From Okamejei kenojei (lineage: Eukaryota): a stretch of DNA of 64,000 nt. Shown piece after piece: positions 50,496 through 63,973 of this stretch (the first letter of the stretch is position 1; every line of letters starts with the position of its first letter). The DNA is taken from assembly GCA_035221665.1 (NCBI GenBank), contig CM069137.1:41230001-41294000 (forward strand), in the 5' to 3' direction. Position numbers and translations under genes: made by a program. The notes below the pieces were generated by a model. It had not been told where the DNA came from. It saw nothing but the letters and a program-made list of their open reading frames with translations, and made no database searches.

Positions 50496-53180
50496 TACAT
50501 GCAGGAGCCTCCCTCGACCATGCTATTCCTTCCTCCTGTTCTGGGGGGGGGGTCCTGTGGCGTCAGCCATATATGCTCGAACCCTCGTCAGGAGATACGA
50601 GGGCGGGCACGTGACGTCATGGGCTAGAGGGAGTGTCCTGGTACTTAAGGTCTCTTACCTCGAAACCTAGCAGAGTCAACAGGTAGCTGAGCCCGAGAGG
50701 ACAACCTCGCTCAGCTACAGCAACTTTGTAATATAGTTAGCGCACCCACCTAACGTGCCATTAATGAATAAACAACCGTTTGAACCGACCTGATGTCTCA
50801 CCTTTATTCACCACGTATGGTGCCGCTATATGTTATAGAAAGATAAAAAATTATAAAAGGACTTGACAAGCTGGATGCAGGAAAAATGTTCCCAATGTTG
50901 GGCGAGTCCAGAACCAGGGGCCACAGTCTTAGAATAAAGGGGAGGTCATTTAAGACTGAGGTGAGACATTTTTTTTTCACCCAGAGAGTTGTGAATTTAT
51001 GGAATTCCCTGCCACAGAGAGCAATGGAGGCCAAGTCACTGGATGGATTTAAGAGAGAGTTAGATAGAGCTCCAGGGGCTAGTGGAGTCAAGGGATATAG
51101 GGAGAAGGCAGGCACGGACGATCAGCCATGATCACAATGAATGGCGGTGCTGGCTCGAAGAGACAAATGGCCTCCTCCTGCACCTATTTTCTATGTTTCT
51201 ATGTTTCTATGACAGGAATTTTAATAGTGCCAATTTGGCCTACTCATTCAGGGTGTCCATTGTAAAAGGCGGCTGAAAGAAGCTCCTATTTACTCAAAGT
51301 CACGAGTGATGGCTAGTTCAGCCTATTTCTCGTGCAGCTAGCTCTGCACAATTGTATGGGAAGTTTGTGAAGAGGACACGACATGTGAGCTACTTTTAAA
51401 AAGAAATAGCAGAGGTTTGTGTTTCTTTCAGTTTGGGCTTAGAGAAGCGATTATGTTATAGCACAATTGACACTGCTTGTGCTGCTTTGTCATTCTCTCT
51501 AGTACCAAGTGGGATAATAAATGATTGGTTATTCACCCACTGTTGACTAACGTTATGCAAGGTGTCTTTTATATGAACACTAAAGCCTAGACTCATAGTA
51601 GTGTGGAATGTGTATCAGTAAATTATTATGCAGATATTCATCTACTGTATTGCTAATGGGAGCAGTATCTTTTAAGTTTATGCTTTTAGCAACTGATTTC
51701 AGCACAAAGCACACAGCCTTTACCCAATCTCCGGCTCGGTCTCTGGGTCATAACTGACATGAGGGTAGCTTGTTATGGGAATGATCTCATAAAGCAAAAC
51801 GGGCACGGTTGGGTACAATTTGGAGTTGACAGCATACCCACCAGATCGGAGATTGGGGGTGTTATTTTGTATACAGGTACACTGAGCTTGCTAGTACCTA
51901 TGAGTTGAAGGATAGATTCTTCATTGTTATTTAATAGTTTTCTCAAGAGATTGCTGTTACAGACCATCTCAACATGACTAGAGTGTAAGCAGCTAATAGC
52001 GGGTGTGAATTCAAATAATTTCATATCTCACTCTTCCAAGGGGGCTGGCTCATTAGAAGCCAATAGAATGGATATTCCCATTTGATCATCTTCTTGCAAC
52101 AGCAGGAGGCTTACATAGCGCACTTTCAGAAGTTATAACATTTGGTTGAATATGCCTGGATGATTGCAAATAGAATTCTGAACAGTGTTGCATGAGTTAT
52201 TGTCTAACTCAAAGCCAATTGGGACTGTGGTCCGATTAAGGGCAATGGCCATGTATGCAAGTTAGCATCATGTGGTTAATGACCCATATCTTTTCTACCA
52301 TTTATGGTTTATCTGTTTCATGCACTTTTACTGCATGAAACCACAGAGCTTCGAAGGCTTCACATAGTCACTCACATCACTTCGATATAAAATAGAAAGA
52401 TTAATCGTAAATTTACCGTTTGAAGTTTGATCTTTATTTTATAAGAAGTTAAAGTGAGGGACTCTGTGCCCTCCACTCCCAACCCTGAATCTCATAAAGA
52501 TCATTCGGTAAGTCAACGGTTACTAATCTTTCTATAGTTTAAATTCGTGCAAGTGGTCTGTGGTTTCATACAGTTGCTCTGAAGATTGATGTGTATGCGG
52601 GCTGGCGGGCTCTTCATGTAGTCCCTCACTTCAACTTCTCATAAAATAAAGATCAAACTTCAAACGGTAAATTTTTGTTTAATATTTCTATTAAATATAT
52701 GAACAAAATGTATACAGAACAAACTAAATAAACCAGTGCTTACCATTTACCGTAGCTGAGTGGTGAGCTGGGCAGTGGTTTGAGAGGTGATTCATGCTGG
52801 CATATTTCCATCAACCCACACTTAAATCCCACATTTCATCCTGTGGGCCCCATTACACCAACCTAACCGAACACATTTTAATTTCTCACATTCTACCAAT
52901 CCCCACATACAAGAGCTAATTTACAGCGGCCTGTTCACATTTTTTTGAAATGCAAAAATGTGAGAGAAAACTGGAGACCTGAAGGAAACTCATCTGGCCA
53001 CAGGTAGAGCATACAAACTCCACACAGACAGCATCCAAGGTCAGCATTGAACCCAGTCATTGGAAATACGAGACAGCCTTTGTGCCACCGTGTCATTCCT
53101 GGTCATGGATTCTTTTAAGTGTCAAAGAGATGGTCATTACTGGTCAGAATGAAAGGCCATGAAGAGATATAGTAAATTAT

Positions 53181-55660
53181 AAGGTACACAAAAGGCTGGA
53201 GAAACTCAGCGGGTGCAGCCGCATCTAAGGAGCGAAGGAGATAGGTGCCGTTTTGGGTCGAGACCCTTCTTCAGACTGGTCAGGGATCAGGGAAATAAGA
53301 GATATAGACGGTGATGTGGAGAGATAAAGAACAATGAATGAAAGATATGCAAAAAAGTATCGATGATAAAGGAGTTAAAGAGGAGGTACCAAGCGGAGGC
53401 TTGGCTATAGTTTCGCCGAACACTTCCGCTCGGTCCGCAATAACCAAGCCGACCTCCCGGTGGCTCAGCACTTCAACTCCCCCTCCCATTCCGTATCCGA
53501 CCTCTCGGTCCTGGGCCTCCTCCACGGCCAGAGTGAGCAACAACCCAAGTTGGAGGAACAGCACCTCATATTCCGCTTGGGGAGTCTGCATCCTCTGGGC
53601 TTGAACATTGAATTTTCTCAATTCTGTTAACCCTTGCTGTCTCCTCCCCTTCCCACCTCTCCCTCAGCCCTCGGGCCCTGGCATTCCCTCTATCTCTATC
53701 TCCCTCCCCCACCCTAGTCGTACTAGCTTCTCATTTTCACACCACAAACAGCTTACAATGGCTTGTTTCCTTTATCATCGATACTTTTTTGCATATCGTT
53801 CATTCATTGTTCTTTATCTCTCCACATCACCGTCTATAACTCTCGTTTCCCTGATCCCTGACCAGTCTGAAGAAGGGTCTCGACCCAAAACGTCGCCTAT
53901 CTCTTTCACTCCTTAGATGCTGCTGCACCCGCTGAGTTTCTCAAGCCTTTTGTGTACCCTCGATGATAAAGGAAACAGGCCATTGTAAGCTGTTTGTAGT
54001 GTGAAATTGAGAAGCTAGTGCGACTAGGGTGGGGGAGATATATAGAAAGAGAGAATGCCAGAGCCCGAGGGCTGAGGGAGAGGTGGGAAGGGGAGGAGAT
54101 AGCAAGGGTTAACAGAATTGAGAAAATTCAATGTTCAAGCCCAGAGAATGCAGACTCTCCAAGCGGAATATGAGGTGCTGTTCCTCCAACTTGCTCACTC
54201 TGGCCATGGAGGAGGCCCGGGACCGAGAGGTCAGATACGGAATTGGAGGGGGTTGAAGTGCTGAGCCACCGGGAGGGAAGAATTGACAAGGGAGTTGCGG
54301 AGGGAGTGGTCTTTGTGGAAGGCAGACAGGGGGGGAGATGGGAAGATGTGGCGAGTGGAGGGGTCACGTTGGAGGTGGCGAAATTGGCGTATTTGCCGGC
54401 TGGTGGGGTGAAAAGGTGAGGACCGGGGGACTCTGCCCTTGTTGCGAGTGGGGGAATGGGGAGAGAGGGCAGTGTTGCGGGGTATGGAGGAGACCCTGGT
54501 GCTGCCCCATCTATAGTGGGGGAGGGAAATCCCCGTTCTCTGAAGAATGAGGACATTTGTGATGACTTGGTGTGGAACACCTCATCCTGGGAGCAGATGC
54601 GGCGTAGACGGAGGAATTGGGAATAGGGGATGGAGTCCTTACAGGAAGCAGGGTGGGAGGAAGAGTAGTCCAGGTAGCTGTGGGAGTCAGTTGATTTTTA
54701 GTGGATGTCGGTCAGGAGTGTATCACCTGCAATAGAGATGGTGAGGTCAAGGAATGGTAGGGAAATGTTGGAAATGGTCCAAGTGTATTTGAGTGCCGGA
54801 TGGAAGTTGATGGTGAAATGGATGAAGTCAGTCAGTTGTGTGTGGGTGCAGGAGGTGATACCAAAGCAGTCGTCGATGTAACGGAGGTAGTGGTTGGGGA
54901 TGGGGCCCTGGTACGCCGAGAACAAGGATTGTTCGACGTACCCGACAAAGAGGCAAGCGTAGTTGGGGCCCATGCGTGTGCCCATAACTACGCCTTGTGT
55001 TTGGAGGAAATGAGAGGAGTCAAATGAGAAGTTATTGAGGGTAAGGACCAACTCCGCTAGGCGGAGGAGGGTGTCAGTGGATGGGTATGGGTTGCCCCTC
55101 TGGTCGAGGAAGAACCGGAGGGCTCTGAGACCATCCTGGTGGGGGATGGAGGTGTAGAGTGACTGGAAAGATGAGAGGATGGGGGCCTGGAGAATGGAAT
55201 GTGCGGAGCCGACGGAGAGTGTCTGAGATGTCTTGAACATAGGTGGGGAGGGATTTAACAAAGGGGGATAGGATGGAGTCAAGGTATGTGGAAATGTGTT
55301 CAGTGGGGCACGACAATGGGTCTGCCGGGGCAGTCGGGTTTGTGGATTTTGGGGAGAAGGTAAAATCGGGCCGTGCGGGGCTGGGAAATGATTAGGTTGG
55401 AGGCTCGGGAGGGTAGGGAGCCGGAGTTGATGAAGTCGGTTATGGTGCTCGAGATGGTGGCCTGGTGTTCGTCAGTGGGGTCATGGTCCAGGGGTAAGTA
55501 GGAGGAGGTGTCCGAGAGTTGGCGCGTGGCCAACTGTTAATGAGATTGACGCGCCAGACTACCACGGCACCTCCCTTGTCGGCGGGTTTGATAACCCAGT
55601 CTGGGTTGTTACGGAGTGAGTCGATGGCAGTACGTTCGGGGGGGTGGGGAAGTGATTGGA
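53181..55660 (-). mobile_element. Penelope-like element (RT + GIY-YIG) with inverted/tandem pseudo-LTR copies
   Basis: KPADKGGAVVVW, FYLLPKIHK, GTRMGPNYACLF, YLRYIDDCFG on the minus strand; 53181-53373 is the reverse complement of ~53768-53960; CTGAAGA-stem hammerhead-like motif. Confidence 0.88.
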
Positions 55661-55665
55661 GTTGC

Positions 55666-57770
55666 TCACAACAACAAGGAACAACATTCCTTGTTGTTGT
55701 GAGCAAAGTGTACTACAATACACCAGTCAGCATCAAGGCGAACCACATTTATTGATGAGTCTAGCTTCTTGCTCCATAGAATAGCCACACCCCCTTGTAT
55801 CCTACCTCTGACTATTTCCATGCCAAGGTTAGTTGTAGACTCCCCAGCCCCATGAAAGTTGTCATTGGGAGAATTGAGTTTGTCCAAGTCTTGCTTCGCT
55901 AAGAATGTCTCTTGCATACATAGTATGTCACAGTTCTCCAGAAGGTTGCCAACAATTGAGCGGCGAGCTTTATCCCCTGTGCTCTGGCCCAAACGCAGGC
56001 CACAACACTTGTACGATAGTACCCGAATGTTCATTTAGCGAGACTAGTGAGTGCCCCTTGATCCGATGACTCCAACCCTGCGCGGCTCGTAATAGTGCCG
56101 GACAAATGCCCCTTCTGGCCAGAGCTCCGGATTGTACATTTCGCCAACCTAGCAATGTTACAACATTTTGAAATTAAAAAATTAAAGTCTGCAATTAATC
56201 CCATCAGATAAAGCATAAAAATAAGTTTAATTTGACACCTAATTCACTTTCATATCTTCAGTATTAAAAATGTTATGGCCATTTTCATACTTTCAAATTA
56301 GCAACTTGTTTCCTATTGCTTTTCTATTGACTTAACACAAAAGTTGTGATCAAGGACAGTCAAAAGCCCATAAATTTCTTAACAATTAAGAGAACTGAAA
56401 TAAATTTTCAGTTATTATAGATTGAAGCATTCTGAAACAAATATGAAACAATCTTACTTGGATGACCTGAAATTAAAGCATATAATTAGTTAGTTACCCA
56501 ATTGTAGCTAATTACAAAATTCAATTACTAGATCTAAACATCTATCCATTTCTTAAGAAAAAAATAACATTTTTTTTAAAGCCTAAGTGTCCAAATAACA
56601 TTCACACAAGAATTCACAATATAACATGATTTTTAAATCTAATTGTCATTAACTTATAGGCCAAATTGAAGGAATTTTGTGTTTAATGCCCGTAAATTAA
56701 TGGGCATATTAATCAGCTTGCAAGTGGGATTTTCTGGAACGTGATGGATTGGAACGTTGCGGTTGCGGTGAATTTAAACCCCATATCAGCAGGAAAAATT
56801 CTGCCGGTTCGTATGGGGAATAAATCACCGTTTCGCAACATGAAATATTGATTAAGGTCATCTAAACAAACAAGTTTATATGAAAAAATAAGCAGCTTTC
56901 ACTTACCTGTCCCCTACGTAAAATCCGTCCCCGTTGTCGGCATTCACGGCATTAGGAGCTAATTTTTATTTTACTGCAGCGCTGAAATAGTCGGGCGATT
57001 TAAAAAAAAAATTTAACTTACCGGCAGTCGAACGAATCTTTAGAAAAATCTTGCACTCCGAGAAAATAAAGCTCCGGATGGCAAGGGAAAACCGCACTTT
57101 AACCCCGCCCCCCCCCCAAAGGCGCCAAAATCGCGCACACGGCCAGCGACAGAACTGCAGCACCGCTAAAGGTAAGTTTTTGTAACATACCTACATTACA
57201 TTCCACAGATGCTTTAAATGAACAGTATCTTCTGTGTACAGTGTCAATCTTTTGACAGGTAACCTCACGGCCAAGTTTTTCTTTAGGATACACAGATAAA
57301 GATTTGGCGTTTAGGTTCAGTGAAAACCTGGAGGCAAAAACACTCACCAGCTTTGTCTTGATCATTTTAATATTACCCGCACCACAGCCCCAAGTCAAGT
57401 CAGTGGTGCGCTCCAATGCACACACTGGAGTAGTGATCAAGGTGCACTCCAATACACCCACTCGCCGATCAATTTCCAATGTGCTGGCACTAAAATCTTC
57501 GCTTACATCAGCCTGTAGCTGCATGACGTGCTTCATAGAACGGACCTCAGCGTACAGCTGCTCCATTCTCCCAAGTAGGCTCGAGCCATCCATGTTAGTA
57601 AATGTCACCGGCGGCAGTTCATCCAAGTAATGAGAGACAAATCTGGGAGTAGTCTCCCCATTCCCATTCATTACTTTAAGGCAACTCTTTATGTTGTTAA
57701 CGTCTTTCTGTGCCCCTTTATGGTCTAGAGTAACACCCGCCATCTTTGCATGCCCGTTGACCATGGCCGA
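55666..57770 (-). mobile_element. 5' part of a LINE (RTE-X-like): ORF1 and the start of the APE endonuclease
   Basis: ORF1 FVSHYLDELPPV...SFK...(MITE)...ELWPEGAFVR; ORF2 from 56034 MNIRVLSY..GL...DILCMQETFL...GRIQGGVAILW. Clade assignment is tentative. Confidence 0.65.
56150..57193. mobile_element. Non-autonomous DNA transposon copy 2 (TAG...CTA ends)
   Basis: Same termini and body as 32188-34790; it splits the LINE ORF1. Confidence 0.8.
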
Positions 57771-58325
57771 TGCACCGGCTCCCCCGCTGCCTCTTGCCCA
57801 GCCCCAAACTCCTCCGCAATATATCTGTGAATATTTTGGATATTATAAATTATTTTAACTTTTTTCAACTGTTCTACCACTTAGGAATAAAGACCTATTG
57901 GCAGAACAAACCTTCTGTGGAAAATGAGGATGGTATGTGGACAGGGCCTGTGCCTCAATGGCTCCTGCTCTTTTAACAGCTCCGACAGGAGGATCTAAGG
58001 ACATAATATGTTTATGCAGTCTTCACACCTTCAGTGAATCACACTATCGCTCTTTCAGACTCTCTGACTATTTGAATTGGGGAGAGCAGGGTTAGGTCAG
58101 ACCATGGGCTGTGGGCTAGGTGGGGCATCATCCACTAATGATTCTGGGAGAGTCAGATAATTTCTCGGAGAGTCAGAAGAAAAACAACCTCTAAGACACA
58201 GATCTAGGGGAAAGGGAAAGGCAGAAGGAAGGAAGGGACATGGATGGAGTGAAAGCCAGAAGGGATTAAAAGAAAATAAGTTTGAGAGCACAAGATAAGA
58301 GAAAATTGCATGAGAGCAAGCAGTG

Positions 58326-58493
58326 AGGAGGTGCTTGGTGAACTCACTGTGGTGGATGTTAAATTATGTGTTTATTGTGTGTTTTGTTTTAATTTATTAC
58401 ATGTTATGACTGCAAGGTAACAAATTTCGTTCAGACCGAAAGGTCTGAATGACAATAAAGGAATCTGAATCTGAATCTGAATCTGAATCTGAA
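58326..58493 (+). mobile_element. Short LINE 3' end (Rex1/Babar-like) with a hairpin and (GAATCT)n tail, specific to unit C
   Basis: AATTTCG-TTCAGACC-GAAA-GGTCTGAA-TGACAATAAA followed by GAATCT repeats; absent at the homologous position in units A and B. Confidence 0.55.
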
Positions 58494-60184
58494 CAGAATA
58501 ATGAAAGCTGAGTTAATAGGACGTATACTGATTGAATGTACCAGAGGAATGTGGAGGGGTATAGGGAATCTGGATTTAAACATGTTGGAATTGCTTATGG
58601 TCTGAAAATATTGGCCTCAATGCTGAGTCAGGAAGGCCGGGTGAGAAGATGCTGTGCTGTTCCTCAGGCTTACACAAAAGTGTTAATGATGGAGATGTCA
58701 GAGAGCGAGCAAGACAGATAACTGAAGTGTCTGGAGGATTCGCTCTGTACTTGTAGGATTCTTTCTTTCATCTCTCTGTTGCAGACGCACACATACGTTA
58801 CTCACACAATAACCCCAATAATATTGCAATAATAACAATGATAGTCTATGTAGTTCAGAGCTTATTTGAGGTTGTAGTATTAATATCTGAATAGCTCTAG
58901 GGAAGAAGCTGTCCCTGAACCCAGATAGCTTCTTCCCTTACAGTTTTCAGGCTCCTGTACCTTCTTCCCGATGGCAGGGGTGAAATGAATGTGAGGCCAG
59001 GGTGGTGTGGGTCTCTGATTATGCTGGCTGCCTTTTTGAGGCAGCAATTTCAATAAATCCCTTCGATGGCGGGGTGTTCAGAGCCGAAGGTCAGAGCCGG
59101 TGATGGACTGGGCAGCGTGCACAACTTTTTGTGTACACTTTTTCAAAATGTTACCCATTTGTGCCACTACACAGGTTTTCAATTCCTCCCCTTCAGATTC
59201 TCAGGCTCTATCTGTATCCACACACTTTCCGTCCATTTATTCCATGACTTCGTTTTTGATGATAAATTTTCTGCAGGCATTTTACAAAGAACTCTTTGAA
59301 AGTTCATGTACACCACTTCAACCACACTGCCCCATTAAATATCTCAAACATTGGTCAAAAGCAATTTGAAAAACTCTGCTTAATTTCCTTTAAAAATAAA
59401 TCTGAATGGTTAATAATTTAGTCGCTGGTCTTGTTTCTGTAGCTCTGTATCACTGCGGTTGGAATGACTGGCACATAACTACTGGGTTTGTTTTGGGAAA
59501 CTGTACATCTCCTGTCCTCTGGCGCCACCAGAGTCTGTGGCGGAGTGGAAGAATGCAGATGCTGATTTATATCAAAGATAGACACAAGGTGCTGGAATAA
59601 CTCAGCAGGTCAGGCAGCATCTCTGGAGAAAAAGGATGAGTGACATTTTGATTCAGGACCCTTTCCCAGTAGGAAGACGCGTCACCCATCCATTTTCTCT
59701 AGAGATGCTGCCAGACCCGTTGAGTTATTCCAACACTTTGTGTCTATTTTTGGTATAAACCAACATCTATAGTTCTTTGTTTCTAAATATTGACCCTGAA
59801 TCCTCTCAGCCACCTCAAACACATTCCATCACTTGGAATTAGTTTATTATTGTCACTTATCATCGGGAAGAAGGTATAGGAGTCTGGAAACTTCCCAGTT
59901 CAAGAATGGCTTCTTCCCAACAACCTTCAAGCTCTTGAACAATATCCAACACTAACCTTAACTGTAAATGTCTATGGACTTTCTTTGATTGCACTTTGGG
60001 TTTTTTTGCACTAGAATTGTGGCTTTTAATTTATTGAATTTCATTTTTTTTAATATAAATTCTCTGTATGTATTACATTCATAGGCCAGTTATGCCGCTG
60101 CAATAAGAATTTAATTTTTATGTTATTGGTATATATGACAATTAAGCACTCTTGACTCTTGACTCTCTATCCAGATAAATCATA

Positions 60185-61220
60185 TAGCAATGTTACAAAA
60201 TTTTGAGACTTTAAAAATCAAGTCTGCAATTTATCCCATCAGATAAAGCATAATAAGAAGTGTAATTTGACACCTAATTCACTTTCATATCTTCAGTATT
60301 AAAAAAGTTATGGCCATTTTCATACTCGGAAATTAGCATCTTGTTCACTAATGCTTTTAAATTGACAACACAAAAGCAGTGATCGAGAACAGACAAAAGA
60401 TCATAACTTTCTTAACAATTAAGAGAACTGAAATAAATTTTCAGATTATAGATTGAAGCATTCTGAAACAAATATGTAACAATCTTACTTGGATGACCTG
60501 AAATTAAAGCATATAATTAGCTAGTTACCCAATTGTAGCTAATTACAAAATTCAATTACTAGATCTAAACATCTATCCATTTCTTAAGAAAAGATTAACA
60601 TTTTAAAATAGCCTAAGTGTCCAAATAACATTCACACAAGAATTCACAATATAACATGATTTTAAAATCTCATTGTCATGAATTTATAGGCCAAATGGAA
60701 GGAATGTAGTGTTTAATTCCTATAAATTAATGGCCATTTAAATCTTAATGCTAGTGGGATTTTGTGGAGCACGATCGTTTGGAACGTTGCGGTTGTGGTG
60801 AATTTAAACCCCATATCGGCAGGAAAAATACAGCCGTTTCGTATGGGGCCTGAATCACCTTTTCGCAACTTAAAATGTGGATTAAGATAATCTTAAGAAG
60901 CACGTTTATATGGAAAATAAAAGGCTTTCCTTTAGCTGTCCCGTACCTGAAATCTGTCCCGTTTATCGGCGTTGACGGCATTAGAAGCGGCTTTTTATTT
61001 TACTCCAGCGTTGAAATTGTCCAGCGATTTAAAAATAAATTCACAGAACGGCCGTCGGAACAAATCTTCAGCATTTGCTCGCTCACCGAGAAAATATATC
61101 CAGGACAGGCGGTAGAAAACCGCATTTTATCACCGCCCCCCACTCAAAAGCGCCAAAATTGTGCACACGGCCAGTGGAAGAACTGCAGTGCTGCTGAAGG
61201 TAAGTTTTGTAACATTCGCA
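60185..61220. mobile_element. Non-autonomous DNA transposon copy 3, ~1.2 kb upstream of copy C
   Basis: Same termini; AATCATA duplication on both sides; empty site in unit A (~25535) and unit B (~39700). Confidence 0.82.
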
Positions 61221-62260
61221 AATCATACCATACATGAGTACAAGAGGTAATGAAAAAGAGAAAATAAACAGAGTGCAGAATATAGTGTTACAGCAACAGA
61301 GAAAGTGTGGGTTTAACAAAAATCAAGTTGCACAATGAGATAGAATGGAGGAGTGCAAATTCATCCCCAGCATATGGGAGGTCTGTTCCAGAGTTTTATA
61401 ATAATGGCGAAGAATGTACAAACAAGGACCTGAAGATGCTGTTTTACCAAGGAAAGATCCAAAATGCTGGAGTAACAATGGGTCGGGACCCTTCTTCAGA
61501 TCCTTCTTCTTAGTTACTCCAGGATCCCGGTTAGCGGCATGTCAGGAGGATCCCAGTGAGCTATGCAGCAGGAGCATCCCACGATCCTGCTGAGTTGGTT
61601 CTTGATTAAGTTTGCTGTTTTTCCCAGCCAGTATGAAGTGTATATGGAGTCAATGAGACAATGTTTGTTGTACTTGTCCACACCCACAACTCCCTGCAGT
61701 TTCTTATGGTCTTGGGCAGAACTGGTGTCAGGTTGTGATGCATCCTGATATAATAATTTCTATGGTGCATATGTTGGAATCATTAAGTATTTATTTGAAA
61801 TATGTTGATGGTCCTTACTGTTGTGCTCACTGGCCCTCGCTTCATTGTGGTTGCTCCGAACAAATTGTTGATGATATCAATGCCTAGGAATTTGAATCCC
61901 TTGATCATCTCCACTTCAGCCCCATTGACGGAGACTGGGGTGGGTACTCCACCTCGTTTTTTGAAGTCAGTGACCAACTCCAAGGTTTAGCTGACATTGA
62001 TCATGTTTCCTGCAGCAGTATTCTGGAAATCCAAGTACATTCCTGGGGCATTGGCAGTGCACTGCAAATACATTTGTACAAATTAGAGTTCATTGTTTCT
62101 TCGCTTTGGTGAATTTATTATTTCATATTCTGAGGAATAAAATCTGATGCCGTGCCTCTGCCACAAAATCTAAACACGATGCTGACGCGTGGAGGAAGCT
62201 CTGTCCATAAATGGAGCCCACCTTTCATTTGATTCCGGCGCCCACGACCAACAAGTTGAG

Positions 62261-62306
62261 CAAACATGAGTCAATGTTTGAATGTGGTTGAGGAGCAGGA
62301 TATAAA
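62261..62306 (+). promoter_or_regulatory. Proximal promoter of copy C
   Basis: CAAACAT-GAGTCA-ATGTTTG palindrome containing TGAGTCA (62267-62273), TGTGGTT 62283-62289, TATAAA 62301-62306. Confidence 0.65.
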
Positions 62307-62398
62307 GACCGAAGGCAGCGAGGTGAAGGCAGATCGAGAGAGAGAAGCAGCAACTTTACTCTGAGACTACCCAGCTGGCTGATCCCACACGAGGCAGA

Positions 62399-63973
62399 AT
62401 GAAATCCTTCCTCCTCGCCATCGCTGCCGTGCAGATCCTCCACTGCTCAGGTAGGTACTGGGGAGAGGGAGGGTCTCAGAAAGCAATGAGTTACTGGTAA
62501 TGAGCTTCAGTCAGTGATAATTCACCAATGTGTAAAAAGTATTCACTGTTCTTTGTTGGAATGATTTGTACAACTTTCCTTCTCTCTCTGCAGGAGTGCC
62601 AAGCACCAAGGATGCTCTGAGAGCCTCAGTTGCAAAACTGAATGAAATCACCGAGATCACCAACCTGTGTGCGATCACCAGGAGAGGTGTAACAAATGTA
62701 AGTGGATCCTGGTCTAATTGTGTTTCACAGACTCGGCTCTGCAGTGTTGTGCAACTTAGTTGTCTCCTTTAACTTGTGCCTGGAGTAAATTAATGACAGA
62801 AAGCATCAAAGGGGAACTGATGGGTATGTGAGGGATAGAATAGGTTAAAGGGTTGCAGGGCAACAAAGAGAGGAGGAATACGACAGATGATGGATAGAAT
62901 AGTTTGGGATTGTTCTGTTGGGTACCAGAAAATAACCGAAGGGTAGAATAGCCTCACCCTTTTTAATTAGATTAGGTGTGTAAGAAGGAACTGCAGAGCC
63001 TGGTTTAAACCCAAGATAAACACAAAAAGCTGGAGTAACTCAGCGGGACAGGAATCACTGGAGAGAAGGAATTGATGACGTTTTGGGTCGTGACCTAACA
63101 ACACCCATTCCTCTCCAGCGATGCTGCCTGTTCCGTTGTGTTACTCCAGCTTTTTGTGTCTATCTTCTTTAATTAGATTAGGTATGTGCTCAGATAAGAT
63201 AATATATAAACATAAGAGTTTAATTACTAAACATGAACTCTATATTAGCAGGTTTCAATGCATATCAGATCAAAAATTTAAATCCAAAATCTGTACTTAA
63301 CTCAGGAAATTTTGAACTAGACGAATGTTTTGGAATAAAGGTTGTAATTTTACCTTTGGTCAAATTAAGTCTCTTGCTCATTATGGGTGTTAATGCTGGC
63401 ACCGCCAATCTGCTAAAGTAACAGCCTGTGTCTAAGCTTTATCAGAACTTTGTAATAACACTAGATATAAGACTTATCAATAAACTATTTTCTTTTCATC
63501 AGACCTATCGGACGGGTAAACTGTCATACAACGTGGATTTAACATTCACCGTGAAAGAAACTGTCTGCTCCAAGAATTCTGGACATGAATTTGGTGATTC
63601 CGGTTGCACCTTCCGCCCTAAAAAGATTGCTGTAAGTGCAGAGTTATATTTTGAAGCATTTAAACCTCTGAGTATAACGGGTAACATCACAGAACGGGTA
63701 ACATCACAGAAATAATCACAGATTATTTCATAGAAATTACCATACCTACAAAGAAAAGTCTGAGAATTGTGTTATATGATATGATTCAATGTTGTGCTTG
63801 GAGTCATTAATATTTCCCTGCATTTTGCTTTATTTTCACAGGAGAAAGGGTTTTGCAAAAGCCGCGTGGAATATTTTGCTGATAAAGTGGCTGACATTGA
63901 TGTGGAGTGTGAAGGTCTGAAGACCATTGACAGCGAGAGTGACTCAATAGAATCGAGTGAAACCAGTATTGAG
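62399..63973 (+). CDS. SPP2-like copy C, exons 1-4 (gene continues beyond the window)
   Basis: Exons 62399-62450, 62594-62697, 63503-63631, 63842-63973; GT-AG, open frame, near-identical to copy A (MKSFLLAIAAVQILHCSG...EFGDSGCTF...DIDVECEGLKTIDSESDSIESSETSIE). Confidence 0.85.

Larger units (their letters stand above)
48630..50830 (+). mobile_element. Young non-autonomous 2.2-kb LTR retroelement (LARD/TRIM-like)
   Basis: Near-identical 275-bp LTRs 48630-48904 and 50556-50830; PBS TGGTGACCCCGAC (tRNA-Trp-like) at 48906; PPT CTGGGGGGGGGGTCC before 50556; no recognisable gag/pol. Confidence 0.9.
47323..51211 (+). mobile_element. CR1 LINE nested in the DIRS element, split by an LTR element
   Basis: ORFs 47631-48269, 48281-48688 and 50886-51131 ([40 protein letters not shown]); (TTTCTATG)n tail 51188-51211. 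Confidence 0.92.
45551..52692 (+). mobile_element. Second DIRS1-type retrotransposon (degenerate), interrupted by CR1
   Basis: Left end TTTATATCGAAGTCAAGTGAGTCAC is complementary to the ICR at ~52360-52393; inverted repeat ~52394-52463 versus ~52620-52692; RT remnant MPRLFTKILK (~47190-47220); flanks rejoin as in the empty site at ~20340-20410. Confidence 0.75.
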
